44,950 nt of DNA from a candidate division WOR-3 bacterium (GTDB lineage Bacteria; Hydrothermota; Tepidihabitantia; Tepidihabitantales; DTDR01). The stretch lies in assembly GCA_039801885.1 (NCBI GenBank), contig JBDRVN010000008.1:1-44950 (forward strand), given 5' to 3'. A program made the position numbers and the translations under genes. Within the stretch, counting starts at the first letter, position 1. Each line of letters begins with the position of its first letter. A model generated the notes under the pieces. It was not told where the DNA came from, did no database searches, and worked only from the letters and a program-made list of their open reading frames with translations. Below are positions 27,860 to 36,632 of the stretch, in pieces.

Positions 27860-27886
27860 AATAAAAAGTTTCCATAGAGGAAACTT
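27860..27886 (-). terminator. Intrinsic terminator of the LVIVD unit
   Basis: AAGTTTCC-5-GGAAACTT (27866-27886) followed by a T-rich run on the minus strand. Confidence 0.6.
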
Positions 27887-27911
27887 CAAATCTTTGTTTT
27901 TCTTTTAATAA

Positions 27912-28145
27912 TTAGTTGTCCACCCATAGGATATTCATAATACCCGTATCATTTGGTGCTCCAATAAATATCTCTACCCAGACAAAGGAATCACAATTAG
28001 CAACAAAGGTCTGACCAACCCAATTATCAGGTTCTCTTCGTGTCCAAGCATTACAATTTTTAAAAGGCTCAATATCGTAAACCCGAGTAGCGCTTAAAAT
28101 AATGCCAAACATTAAAAATATCGTAATGATTATTTTTCTAACCAT
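27912..28145 (-). pseudogene. Probably truncated N-terminus of a secreted protein
   Basis: Strong SD (AGGAGG), signal peptide, then only about 58 aa of beta-strand-like sequence ending abruptly; another frame briefly continues with plausible YEYPMGGQLI. Confidence 0.55.
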
Positions 28146-28148
28146 TTT

Positions 28149-30419
28149 TTACCTCCTTTTTACTTTTATAACTTTTACTAACTTTGTTTTTGTTTTTTCC
28201 TTTATTTGAAATAAAAGTACACCTTTGGGTAAACCATCAATGTTTATTTCATATTCCTCACCTCCCTTGTTAAAGTTTTTATTTGAAAAAATAAATTTTT
28301 TTAATTCTTGCCCCATGGAGTTAAAAATAGTAAGAGATACTAAATTAGGAAATTTTTTTTTAGAAATTAAAATAAATTTTTTACCTACCGGATTTGAAGA
28401 AATAATAAAATCTTTTATCCCTTCTCTTCTTTTGCTTTCTTCCATATTTGAAGATTCAAATTTTAAAATACATACTCCACCGGAATAACAGGCAGCATAA
28501 ATATACTCGTCTTTCCAAAATAACCTTCTAATGTCATCAGGAGTGGAATAATAACCTACCTCTATCGGATTAATTGGGTCGGAAATATCAAATACTTGCA
28601 ACCCAAACCGTCCGCCAACATAAGCTATGTTCTCTTTAATCTCAATATCCTTTGGAAATGTCCGAATAGGAACGGAAACGATTTGATAGGGATTATACGG
28701 ATTAGCAATACTCCAAATATTTAACGAATCATAGCTGTGAACAAAATAAGCAAAAGTATCTTTTATTGCTAAACCTCCGCCCCTTGGTTGAGTAAAAGTA
28801 TTTATCCTTATTGGATTAGCAGGATTAGAAATATCAATAATTGTCCAGCCCGAACCATAAACATAAGCATAATTTCCCCAAATCACTACTTCTAAGCTTC
28901 TTTCTAATGAATTACAACTTCCCACTAAATATGGCCGGCGAGGATTGGCAATGTTAAAGATTTCAAATTGGTTATCATTAGCAATGTATAAAAGGTTGCC
29001 TCTTATTATCATATCTTTAGCAGAACCAAAACTTGTTACCATTGCCGCTCTCCGCGGATTAGATAGGTCGGAAACATCAACAGAGTGAAGGGTTGATTCT
29101 CCTCTACAACCCTCCATCGGAACATAAGCAAAGGAATCACGAGCAGTAGCAGTCATCATAAATGGTGGTTCACCAACTCTATCATAAGAACCTAATTCAA
29201 AAGGAGAAGAAGGATTACTCACATCTACTATCTTTAAACCCGCCATACCCTCCGCTATATAGGCTTTATCATTATCAATAACTATGTCGTGAGACCCACA
29301 AGCAGCAAATAAAGTTGTTTCAACCCTCGGATTCACTGGGTCATTTATATTTATCACTGCTAAACCCTCCCAATCATTTGCCGTATAGGCATAACTAAAA
29401 GGATTTAAGACACAGACATCATAACCCCAACCCGAGGTTACAACCCTACTAATTAATGTGGGCTCTTGTGGCGTAGAAACATCAACTATATCAAAAACTG
29501 ATAAATTCCAAGAATCCCGCACAACATAAACAAAAAAACTCTTTTTGTACAACCTCCTTGCCAATGCCGTGGTATTGTAACCAATTTCTCGCGGTGTAAG
29601 CGGATTACTAATATCAATTACCCTTAAACCAGCAACACCAGCCGCCACATAAACATAACTCCCTTCCGACCAGACATCTAACGCCCGCCAACCACCTATT
29701 GAAGCAACCTCCCTTATATTCCTTGGGTCAGAAATATCAACCACCCTCAATCCTCCTAACTGATTGGCCACATAAGCATAATTACCTAAAACATCTACTC
29801 CCCAGGTATAATCAGAAAACTCTAAACTATCCATCTGATAAGGATTTCTTGGGTCAGCACAATTCACCACCCTTAATAACGAATCAAAGCCAACAATATA
29901 TAAAAAACTATCTTTTATTGCTAAATCTCGATGATAACTCCTCATTGGCAACATTCCTATCCTTTCTGGTTGATAAGGATTTCGTAAATAATAAATTTCT
30001 AAAGCATAAGAAAGAATATATAAATACTCTCCTTTCTTCTGAACTCTCATACAAGGACCTAAACAATCAATTTTACTTATCATTGAAGGAAACCAGGGAT
30101 TGCTCAATTTTAACACCCTTATCCCACTACCTGAACCTAAAAATAAAAGACTGTCAACATCTATCCTATCGGATGGAGTTATACTAAAACTCTCGCCAAA
30201 AGGCCAGCGACCAACACAGCGAACATTCCAAGAATCAGGTATTAACGACTTCTCTATCCTCTCTTTTTCTATCAACATCTCCCGAAACTCAATAGGTGCC
30301 CTATCTAAAGAATCAATAAAATGATGATACTCTCTAAAAATTACTAAATCCAAATCCCCTGCCAAAACTATGGAATTAAAAAATAAAATAACTAAGGTTA
30401 AAAACTTCTTATAACCCAT
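28149..30419 (-). CDS. Secreted LVIVD-repeat beta-propeller protein with C-terminal sorting domain
   Basis: Many 'YAYVA...GLRVVDISDP.NP' repeats; C-terminal ISSNPV...IFNSMGQ...LPKGV...KVIK. Confidence 0.9.
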   Translation of the reverse strand: MGYKKFLTLVILFFNSIVLAGDLDLVIFREYHHFIDSLDRAPIEFREMLIEKERIEKSLIPDSWNVRCVGRWPFGESFSITPSDRIDVDSLLFLGSGSGIRVLKLSNPWFPSMISKIDCLGPCMRVQKKGEYLYILSYALEIYYLRNPYQPERIGMLPMRSYHRDLAIKDSFLYIVGFDSLLRVVNCADPRNPYQMDSLEFSDYTWGVDVLGNYAYVANQLGGLRVVDISDPRNIREVASIGGWRALDVWSEGSYVYVAAGVAGLRVIDISNPLTPREIGYNTTALARRLYKKSFFVYVVRDSWNLSVFDIVDVSTPQEPTLISRVVTSGWGYDVCVLNPFSYAYTANDWEGLAVININDPVNPRVETTLFAACGSHDIVIDNDKAYIAEGMAGLKIVDVSNPSSPFELGSYDRVGEPPFMMTATARDSFAYVPMEGCRGESTLHSVDVSDLSNPRRAAMVTSFGSAKDMIIRGNLLYIANDNQFEIFNIANPRRPYLVGSCNSLERSLEVVIWGNYAYVYGSGWTIIDISNPANPIRINTFTQPRGGGLAIKDTFAYFVHSYDSLNIWSIANPYNPYQIVSVPIRTFPKDIEIKENIAYVGGRFGLQVFDISDPINPIEVGYYSTPDDIRRLFWKDEYIYAACYSGGVCILKFESSNMEESKRREGIKDFIISSNPVGKKFILISKKKFPNLVSLTIFNSMGQELKKFIFSNKNFNKGGEEYEINIDGLPKGVLLFQIKEKTKTKLVKVIKVKRR

Positions 30420-30591
30420 TTTAAAATATTTTAACCTCCGATATCTTTAAGTCAATATTTCTATTTGCGGCAAGGTCAAAATCAGAAAATAAAATATACT
30501 GCATTATCTCTATATCTAAGCTTACTCTCTCACTTTATGAATCTTACCAAATAAATCTCTATTTAAGTAGATGGATATTTAATCTCTTGCC

Positions 30592-30627
30592 TTCTTAATT
30601 AATATCTCCCAATTATAATCTACTTCT
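30592..30627. repeat. 36-bp direct repeat, copy 1 (displaced porB 3' end)
   Basis: TTCTTAATTAATATCTCCCAATTATAATCTACTTCT identical to 32379-32414; minus strand reads EVDYNWEILIKKARD-stop (stop 30581-30579). Confidence 0.95.
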
Positions 30628-30675
30628 TTTTAAAAGAGTAATGAAAAAAGAAAGATAGGAAGATAAATTTAAATG

Positions 30676-30703
30676 TTGATTTATTTCAAAAAAATATTAT
30701 AAT
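30676..30703 (+). promoter_or_regulatory. sigma70 promoter TTGATT-16-TATAAT for the SIR2 gene
   Basis: Inside the cassette, 34 nt upstream of ATG 30738. Confidence 0.55.
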
Positions 30704-30737
30704 TATAACAAAAATGAGTAAAAGAGAGTTTTAATAA

Positions 30738-32264
30738 ATGCCAAAAGATATTAGAGAATTTATCGAGAAAATCAGATATGCCTCGCCAGAAATTTTAGAA
30801 GGTACAATTGATGAACTCCTTTTCCGTATAAGCCATCGTGATATTTTTATTTTTGAACCCCTTGAAGAAATAAAAGAGCTTATTTATAGTATCCGTGAAG
30901 CTACTGAAAAAGGTTTTATCTCAAAAAAATATCTAGCAAGAGTGATTAAGGGAATAATCAATTTTATCCGTGCATTTCCTTTATCTTCGGTAGAACGTAA
31001 TTTTCTTTCTGGATTATTAAGGAGAGAGTTAATTCTGGCTATAGAACCAGAAAAAGGGAAAATGTTAAAGAAAAAATCCAAGAAAGAAGAAGTAGAAAAA
31101 ATCGCCCAATCCTTAGAAAAAGTTGAACTAAATGAGCAAGATACCATACTTTTCTTCTTAGGTGCCGGCGCCTCAAAACCTTCTCCTTCAAATATTCCAA
31201 CAATAAATGAATTACTAACAACACTATGGGAAAAATCTAATCGATTAGAGACAAAACCCCTTGAAAAACTTCGACAATGGTGTAGGGAAAACAATATAGA
31301 AAACATTGAAGAACTGCTCACCGCAGTTACAATTTCAAATTTCATTATCAAGAATTCGAAAGTTCACGGATTTCTTAATTCAGTACTATATCCCGAATGG
31401 AGCCAGGAAATAAAAAATATCTCTATTAGAAATATTGATTCCATTTTACTTCTGGATAATATGTTAAATACCTTCTTTTCTCTTCTTGTCGGAACAATGC
31501 TGGAAGCCAAACCAAATGAGATTCATAATAGTATTGCGGAATATGCTAAAAATATAAAACCGGGATTTGTAAACATTCTTACTACCAACTACGATATTTG
31601 TATTGACCAGGCTCTGGATAATTATCATGTGAAATATAATTATATCCTTAACGCCTCCGAAGATAAGAATAGCCTTAATCTTGTGAAAATACATGGCTCA
31701 ATTAATTGGTTTTACTGTGAGACTTGTCAAAATATTTTTCTTCCCTCAATTGAAACCATAACCGATGCGATAAAAAAAGAGATACCCTATTCGGTTTTAG
31801 GAATGTGTCAACATTGTAACGCACCCGCCAAACAATTTATTATCCCGCCGATTACCTATAAATATTTAACACATCCTTTAATTATTCAAATATGGGATTA
31901 TGGTAGAAAAATTTTTGAACAAGCCAAAATTATTGTTATTGTGGGCTATTCGTTTTCGGTTGCTGAGGACTACATTTCTAAAATGTTGGCAAAAGCTATA
32001 AACAAAGATCCCCAAAAAAATATTATTATCATTGATATTAATGAAGAGGCAATCGATCGATGTAAATCTTGTATTAAATTTTATGTAGAATCTTTTGATG
32101 ATTCGAAACACTTCTTCCCCTTATTAGGGGATGGCGTAGAATTTTTGCCTAAGGTAGTGGATATACTAAAAAAGAAAACTAAGTCCATCAAATTAACAAA
32201 TCAGAAGGTACGAAAGAATATTGCTTATTCAAAAAAGAAAAACCAGAAAGGAAAATCTGATTAG
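30738..32264 (+). CDS. SIR2-family (NADase-like) protein with helical N-terminal extension and Zn ribbon
   Basis: FFLGAGAS...IPT, TTNYD, KIHGSINW, CETC...CQHC, IIPP...K, VGYSF. Confidence 0.88.
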   Translation: MPKDIREFIEKIRYASPEILEGTIDELLFRISHRDIFIFEPLEEIKELIYSIREATEKGFISKKYLARVIKGIINFIRAFPLSSVERNFLSGLLRRELILAIEPEKGKMLKKKSKKEEVEKIAQSLEKVELNEQDTILFFLGAGASKPSPSNIPTINELLTTLWEKSNRLETKPLEKLRQWCRENNIENIEELLTAVTISNFIIKNSKVHGFLNSVLYPEWSQEIKNISIRNIDSILLLDNMLNTFFSLLVGTMLEAKPNEIHNSIAEYAKNIKPGFVNILTTNYDICIDQALDNYHVKYNYILNASEDKNSLNLVKIHGSINWFYCETCQNIFLPSIETITDAIKKEIPYSVLGMCQHCNAPAKQFIIPPITYKYLTHPLIIQIWDYGRKIFEQAKIIVIVGYSFSVAEDYISKMLAKAINKDPQKNIIIIDINEEAIDRCKSCIKFYVESFDDSKHFFPLLGDGVEFLPKVVDILKKKTKSIKLTNQKVRKNIAYSKKKNQKGKSD

Positions 32265-32359
32265 TCGCAAAAAAATAATGCAGCACCAAGTAATCTAAAT
32301 CTTTAAAAAATATTAAATAACCTTATTAATAAAAAGGAGAAATTAAAAACTACTGCCGA

Positions 32360-33247
32360 TTAATCATATAGTTTTACTTTCTTAATTAATATCTCCCAAT
32401 TATAATCTACTTCTCTTTGGATTATTTCTATCTCTTTTTCAGTTAGATGGGAGAAACGACCTTGGAGTTTTAAATATTCTTTAACAGGTATATTTTTGGG
32501 TTGGTAATTTATCACATATTTTACACCATCAAAAACCTCATATAACGGAAAGACTTTACAATCAACTGCTAATTGGGAGATTGTTATCATCAATTCTGGT
32601 GCCATTCGCCAGCCTGTTGGGCAAGGTGCAAAAATATGGATAAAGGCTGTTCCTTTAACTTCTTTTGCCTTTTTAAATTTTATTATTAAATCATCAGGAA
32701 AACCAATAGAAGCAGTTGCCACATAAGGTATTCGATGGGCGGCAATAATTTCGCTAATATTTTTCTTTCTCTCTTTCTTGAAGTTTTCTCTTGGAGTCGT
32801 TGTTGTCCAAGCACCATAAGGAGTTGCGGAAGAACGTTGGATTCCGGTATTCATATAGGCTTCATTATCATAACAAGCATATATAATTTTATCATTCCTC
32901 TCACAGGCAGCCGATAATGCCTGAATACCGATATCTAATGTTCCACCATCGCCAGCAAACGCCAATACTTCAATATCAGTTTTTCCTTTTATATCTAAAG
33001 ATGCTCTTATACCACTGGCAACAACTGCTGCGGTCTCAAAGGCGGTATGATAAACTGGAACCTTTAAGGAATGTAAAGGAAATGGACCATCAATAATTGA
33101 CCAGCAACAGGCAGGAATAACAACGATTGTATTTTTACCAAGTGCCTTTAATGCCAAGCGCATCGCATAAGCACCGCCACAACCCGGACAAGCCAAATGT
33201 CCTTGGTCCATATATTCTTCACTATTATTAGCAAACTTCCATCTCAT
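32360..33247 (-). CDS. porB: 2-oxoacid:ferredoxin oxidoreductase beta subunit (TPP-binding)
   Basis: GHLACPGCG, GDGGT.DIG, YDNEAYMNTGIQRS, PCPTGW, QGRF.HL. Confidence 0.92.
   Translation of the reverse strand: MRWKFANNSEEYMDQGHLACPGCGGAYAMRLALKALGKNTIVVIPACCWSIIDGPFPLHSLKVPVYHTAFETAAVVASGIRASLDIKGKTDIEVLAFAGDGGTLDIGIQALSAACERNDKIIYACYDNEAYMNTGIQRSSATPYGAWTTTTPRENFKKERKKNISEIIAAHRIPYVATASIGFPDDLIIKFKKAKEVKGTAFIHIFAPCPTGWRMAPELMITISQLAVDCKVFPLYEVFDGVKYVINYQPKNIPVKEYLKLQGRFSHLTEKEIEIIQREVDYNWEILIKKVKLYD
32379..32414. repeat. 36-bp direct repeat, copy 2 (within porB)
   Basis: Identical to 30592-30627. Confidence 0.95.
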
Positions 33248-34422
33248 ATTCTTAACCCCCGAAAATAAACCATTTCTTGTGGATAATCTGCCTTATAGGT
33301 AAAATCAATTATCTCCCGAATATCTTCCGGAATAACATCTCTACCACCTAAGCCAATTACAAAACCAAATATCATCGGTCTTCTTATCTCGTTATATAAA
33401 ATTGATTTTATCTCCTGACAAAAAATACCTGAATGACCAAAACTAATATTTCTATCAATTACCGCTACTTTCTCTGCTTTTGTCAAAATCTCTTTAATTT
33501 GGGAAAAAGGCGAAGGTCTAAAAAGTCTAATTTTCAAAAGTCCAACCCTTTTTCCTTTGCTTCTCTCTTCATCAATCACTTGTCGGGCAGTGCCAGTGAT
33601 GGTTCCGGAAGTTACTAAAATAAGTTTCGCATCTTCACAATGATAGGCTTCAACCAAACCATACTTTCTACCAAATATTTGATAAAAATCATTATCAACT
33701 TCTTCGCTAACTTTTAATGCCTTTCTATGTGCCTCCTCAATTTTATATCTAATTTCATAATAATGGTCAGGAGAAGTTAAACCACCAAAGGCTCTTGGAT
33801 CATTTATATCTAAAAAATATTTTGGTTTATAAGGTGGCAAAAACTTATTCACATCATCTTGATAAGGAATATCTACCGGCTCAGAAGTATGGGATAAAAC
33901 GAAAGCATCTAAAACAAGCATAACCGGAATCAAACAAGTTTCAGCAATCTTAAATGCCTGAATTGTCGTATCTAATACCTCTTGGTTTGATTCGCAATAA
34001 AATTGAACAAAACCAACATCCCTTTGGGAAAGGGAATCATTTTGGTCTGTCCAAACGGACCAGCCGGGTCCCATTGCCCGATTCACATTTGCTAAAACAA
34101 TTGGTAACCTTCCACCGACTGCCCAATGAAGCATTTCATGCATTAGCGCCAAACCATGGGCAGAAGTGGCAGTGAAGGTTCGGCAACCGGCTGCGGCAGC
34201 TCCCACACAGGCAGCCATTGCTGAATGCTCACTTTCCACTTTGATAAATTTTGCTTTCAAAAGACCGCTGGCACAAAACTCCGATAATAGCTCAACAATC
34301 TGAGTTTGCGGAGTTATTGGATAGGCAGCAATAACCTCTGCTTTTGATAATAATACACCATAAGAAACAGCGTGGTTACCAGTAACTACTTTCTTTTTAC
34401 CATAAATCAAACTTTCTTTCAT
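33244..34422 (-). CDS. porA: 2-oxoacid:ferredoxin oxidoreductase alpha subunit
   Basis: AAYPITPQT, VESEHSAM, TATSAHGL.LMHE, NRA, GLGGRD. Confidence 0.93.
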   Translation of the reverse strand: MKESLIYGKKKVVTGNHAVSYGVLLSKAEVIAAYPITPQTQIVELLSEFCASGLLKAKFIKVESEHSAMAACVGAAAAGCRTFTATSAHGLALMHEMLHWAVGGRLPIVLANVNRAMGPGWSVWTDQNDSLSQRDVGFVQFYCESNQEVLDTTIQAFKIAETCLIPVMLVLDAFVLSHTSEPVDIPYQDDVNKFLPPYKPKYFLDINDPRAFGGLTSPDHYYEIRYKIEEAHRKALKVSEEVDNDFYQIFGRKYGLVEAYHCEDAKLILVTSGTITGTARQVIDEERSKGKRVGLLKIRLFRPSPFSQIKEILTKAEKVAVIDRNISFGHSGIFCQEIKSILYNEIRRPMIFGFVIGLGGRDVIPEDIREIIDFTYKADYPQEMVYFRGLRI

Positions 34423-36098
34423 TTTGCCTCCTCAAAGAACATACTTATTACATTTCTTGGACACTCATGGGCACAAACACCACAACCTTTACAATAATCG
34501 TACAAAATCTCATACTCACTATCTTTCTTTAATATTGCTAAATCAGGACAGAAGACATAACAGTTATCACAATTATTACAAACACCACAAGAAAAACATC
34601 TGCTTGCTTCATAACTAATATCCCGATCACTCAATGTTGTTACAATCTCTTTAAAGTTTCTTTTCCTCTTATTTATCGGTAATTTATCTTCTTCTATTCT
34701 TTTCTGTTTTTCAAAATAATAGATATTAAGATTTTCGTAATTAACAAGATTAAAAATCTCTTTTTTTGGTATCTCGTAATTTTTTAAGTAATGTAAGATA
34801 AAATAGGCAGTTTTTCGACCATAAGCAATTGCCTCGACAACAGTTTTGGGACCAGTAACACAGTCGCCACCGGCAAAAACCTTTTCCATATTTGTCTTGC
34901 CATATTCATCAGCAAGAATAGTTCTTTTACCAATTATCTCTTTGGGCAAGATATTTAATTCAACTCTCTCACCAATCGCCTTAATTATTGTATCACTTTT
35001 AATAATAAAATTGGAATTTTTTATTGGTATCGGCTTTCTCCTTCCGGTCTCATCAACCTCTTCACCTAACTTCATTCTAACACATTCCAAACCTTTCACT
35101 TTTCCTTTTTTATCTCTTACCACTTTCACTGGTGCGGTCAAGAAGATGATTTCAACTCCCTCTTTTATTGCTTCTTCTACTTCCTCTTTTACTGCCGGCA
35201 TCTCTTCCTTTGTCCGACGATAGATAATTTTCACCTTTGCTCCTTTTCTTAACGCCACGCGCGCACAATCAATTGCCGTATTGCCACCACCAATTACCAA
35301 AACATTTTTGCCAAAATACTTAACTTTCTTTTTGAGATTTATTGTCTTTAAAAAATCTAACCCCATTAAAACACCGTTTGCTTCTTCATTAGGAATCCCT
35401 AATTCCTGCTCAATTTGAGCACCGATTGATAAGAAAATCGCATCATATTCTTTTGTTAAATCAGACAGAGAAAAATCTTTTCCCAGTTCTTTATTAAAAA
35501 TAAATTTTGCTCCCCTTTTTATAAGTTTCTCAACCTCTCTTTTTACAATCTCTTTAGGTAAACGATAACCGGGAATACCATAAAAAAGAATTCCCCCGGC
35601 ATATTCCTCTTTTTCAAAAATTGTTACATTTATTCCATTTAAAAGAAGAAAATAGGCACAACTAAGGCCACTTGGACCGCCACCAATTACCGCTACTTTC
35701 TTATCATTCGTTAATTTTTCAATCTTTCTTTTTGGCTCAACAAAATTTAATCCATAATCACCGAGGAATCTTTCAATTGTATGGATAGCAATACTTTCAT
35801 CAAAATTTCTCCGATTACAACCAGTTTCGCAGGGATGATAACAGACCCGGCCGGTAATTGAAGGAAAAGGATTTTTCTCCAAAATCGTCAGATAAGCTTC
35901 TTCCCATTTACCTTTTAAAGCAAAAGAAATATATTTTTGGATATCCTCATTAGCCGGACAATAATAATTACAAGGTGGCGTCTTAGGAAAATATTTAGGA
36001 TAGAAAGTTCGCCAAGTTCCGGTTTTATTAATTAAAGTTTTTTCCCAACTTATTGCCAATTCTGGATAATCTTTAACTTTCAAATCTAACTTTTTCAT
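34419..36098 (-). CDS. OFOR delta subunit interrupted by a GltD/NfnB-like FAD/NAD(P)-dependent oxidoreductase
   Basis: N-terminal KTGTWR..P (delta), PPC...CP, GRVCYHPCE..C, GGGPSG, GGGNTAIDCAR, YRR, C-terminal CFSCG.C..C..C..FCPD...YDYCKGCG.CA.ECP. Confidence 0.88.
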   Translation of the reverse strand: MKKLDLKVKDYPELAISWEKTLINKTGTWRTFYPKYFPKTPPCNYYCPANEDIQKYISFALKGKWEEAYLTILEKNPFPSITGRVCYHPCETGCNRRNFDESIAIHTIERFLGDYGLNFVEPKRKIEKLTNDKKVAVIGGGPSGLSCAYFLLLNGINVTIFEKEEYAGGILFYGIPGYRLPKEIVKREVEKLIKRGAKFIFNKELGKDFSLSDLTKEYDAIFLSIGAQIEQELGIPNEEANGVLMGLDFLKTINLKKKVKYFGKNVLVIGGGNTAIDCARVALRKGAKVKIIYRRTKEEMPAVKEEVEEAIKEGVEIIFLTAPVKVVRDKKGKVKGLECVRMKLGEEVDETGRRKPIPIKNSNFIIKSDTIIKAIGERVELNILPKEIIGKRTILADEYGKTNMEKVFAGGDCVTGPKTVVEAIAYGRKTAYFILHYLKNYEIPKKEIFNLVNYENLNIYYFEKQKRIEEDKLPINKRKRNFKEIVTTLSDRDISYEASRCFSCGVCNNCDNCYVFCPDLAILKKDSEYEILYDYCKGCGVCAHECPRNVISMFFEEAK

Positions 36099-36624
36099 AG
36101 GCCTCCTGACAGGCTAAAATATTTTCTTCCTGCTTTACTTCTACATATTCTTTAATATTTTCTAAAACACTATCTAAACTGACAAAAGGATGAATTCTAA
36201 TAAAAGCACCAAGCATTGCCGTATTAACAATTGGAGCTGTCTTTGTTCCCAAACGATATTTTAAAGCAATCTGGGTAGCATCACAAACTGCCACTTTATA
36301 ATTAGGAAAAGAATAAAAAGAAATTTCTTTATTAGTATTAATTAAAATTGTGCCATTAGATTTTAAACCATCAGTAATATTTACTTGGTTTAATAAAACC
36401 GGATCCAAAATAATAATATGGTCAGGATAATAAACTTTATAACGAATAACTATTGGTTTTTTATCAAACCGCAAGAATGCCTGAACCGGTGCTCCTCTTC
36501 TTTCGACACCAAATTCCGGAAAAGTCTGACAATAATAACCTTCTTTAAAAAGGGCGGATGCCAAAATTTCCGAAGCAATAACTGCTCCTTGTCCGCCCCG
36601 GCCGTGAAATCGAATTTCAACCAT
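36073..36624 (-). CDS. 2-oxoacid:ferredoxin oxidoreductase gamma subunit
   Basis: EIRFHGRGGQG, FGVERRGAPV, NTAMLGA. Confidence 0.93.
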   Translation of the reverse strand: MVEIRFHGRGGQGAVIASEILASALFKEGYYCQTFPEFGVERRGAPVQAFLRFDKKPIVIRYKVYYPDHIIILDPVLLNQVNITDGLKSNGTILINTNKEISFYSFPNYKVAVCDATQIALKYRLGTKTAPIVNTAMLGAFIRIHPFVSLDSVLENIKEYVEVKQEENILACQEAYEKVRFES

Positions 36625-36632
36625 TCAACCTC

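Larger units (their letters stand above)
30592..32414. mobile_element. Integrase-less single-gene (SIR2) cassette inserted at the porB 3' end
   Basis: Flanked by exact 36-bp direct repeats of the porB terminus; carries one gene on the opposite strand to its neighbours, with its own promoter. Confidence 0.7.

Noticed and set aside
27716-28145. Hairpins after a surface-protein gene as a possible DGR target signature
   Set aside because: No reverse transcriptase, template repeat or C-type lectin-like variable region seen.
30499-32283. 9-bp inverted match CTGCATTAT (30499) / ATAATGCAG (32275) as possible terminal inverted repeats
   Set aside because: Too short, not aligned with the direct-repeat boundaries, and no transposase.
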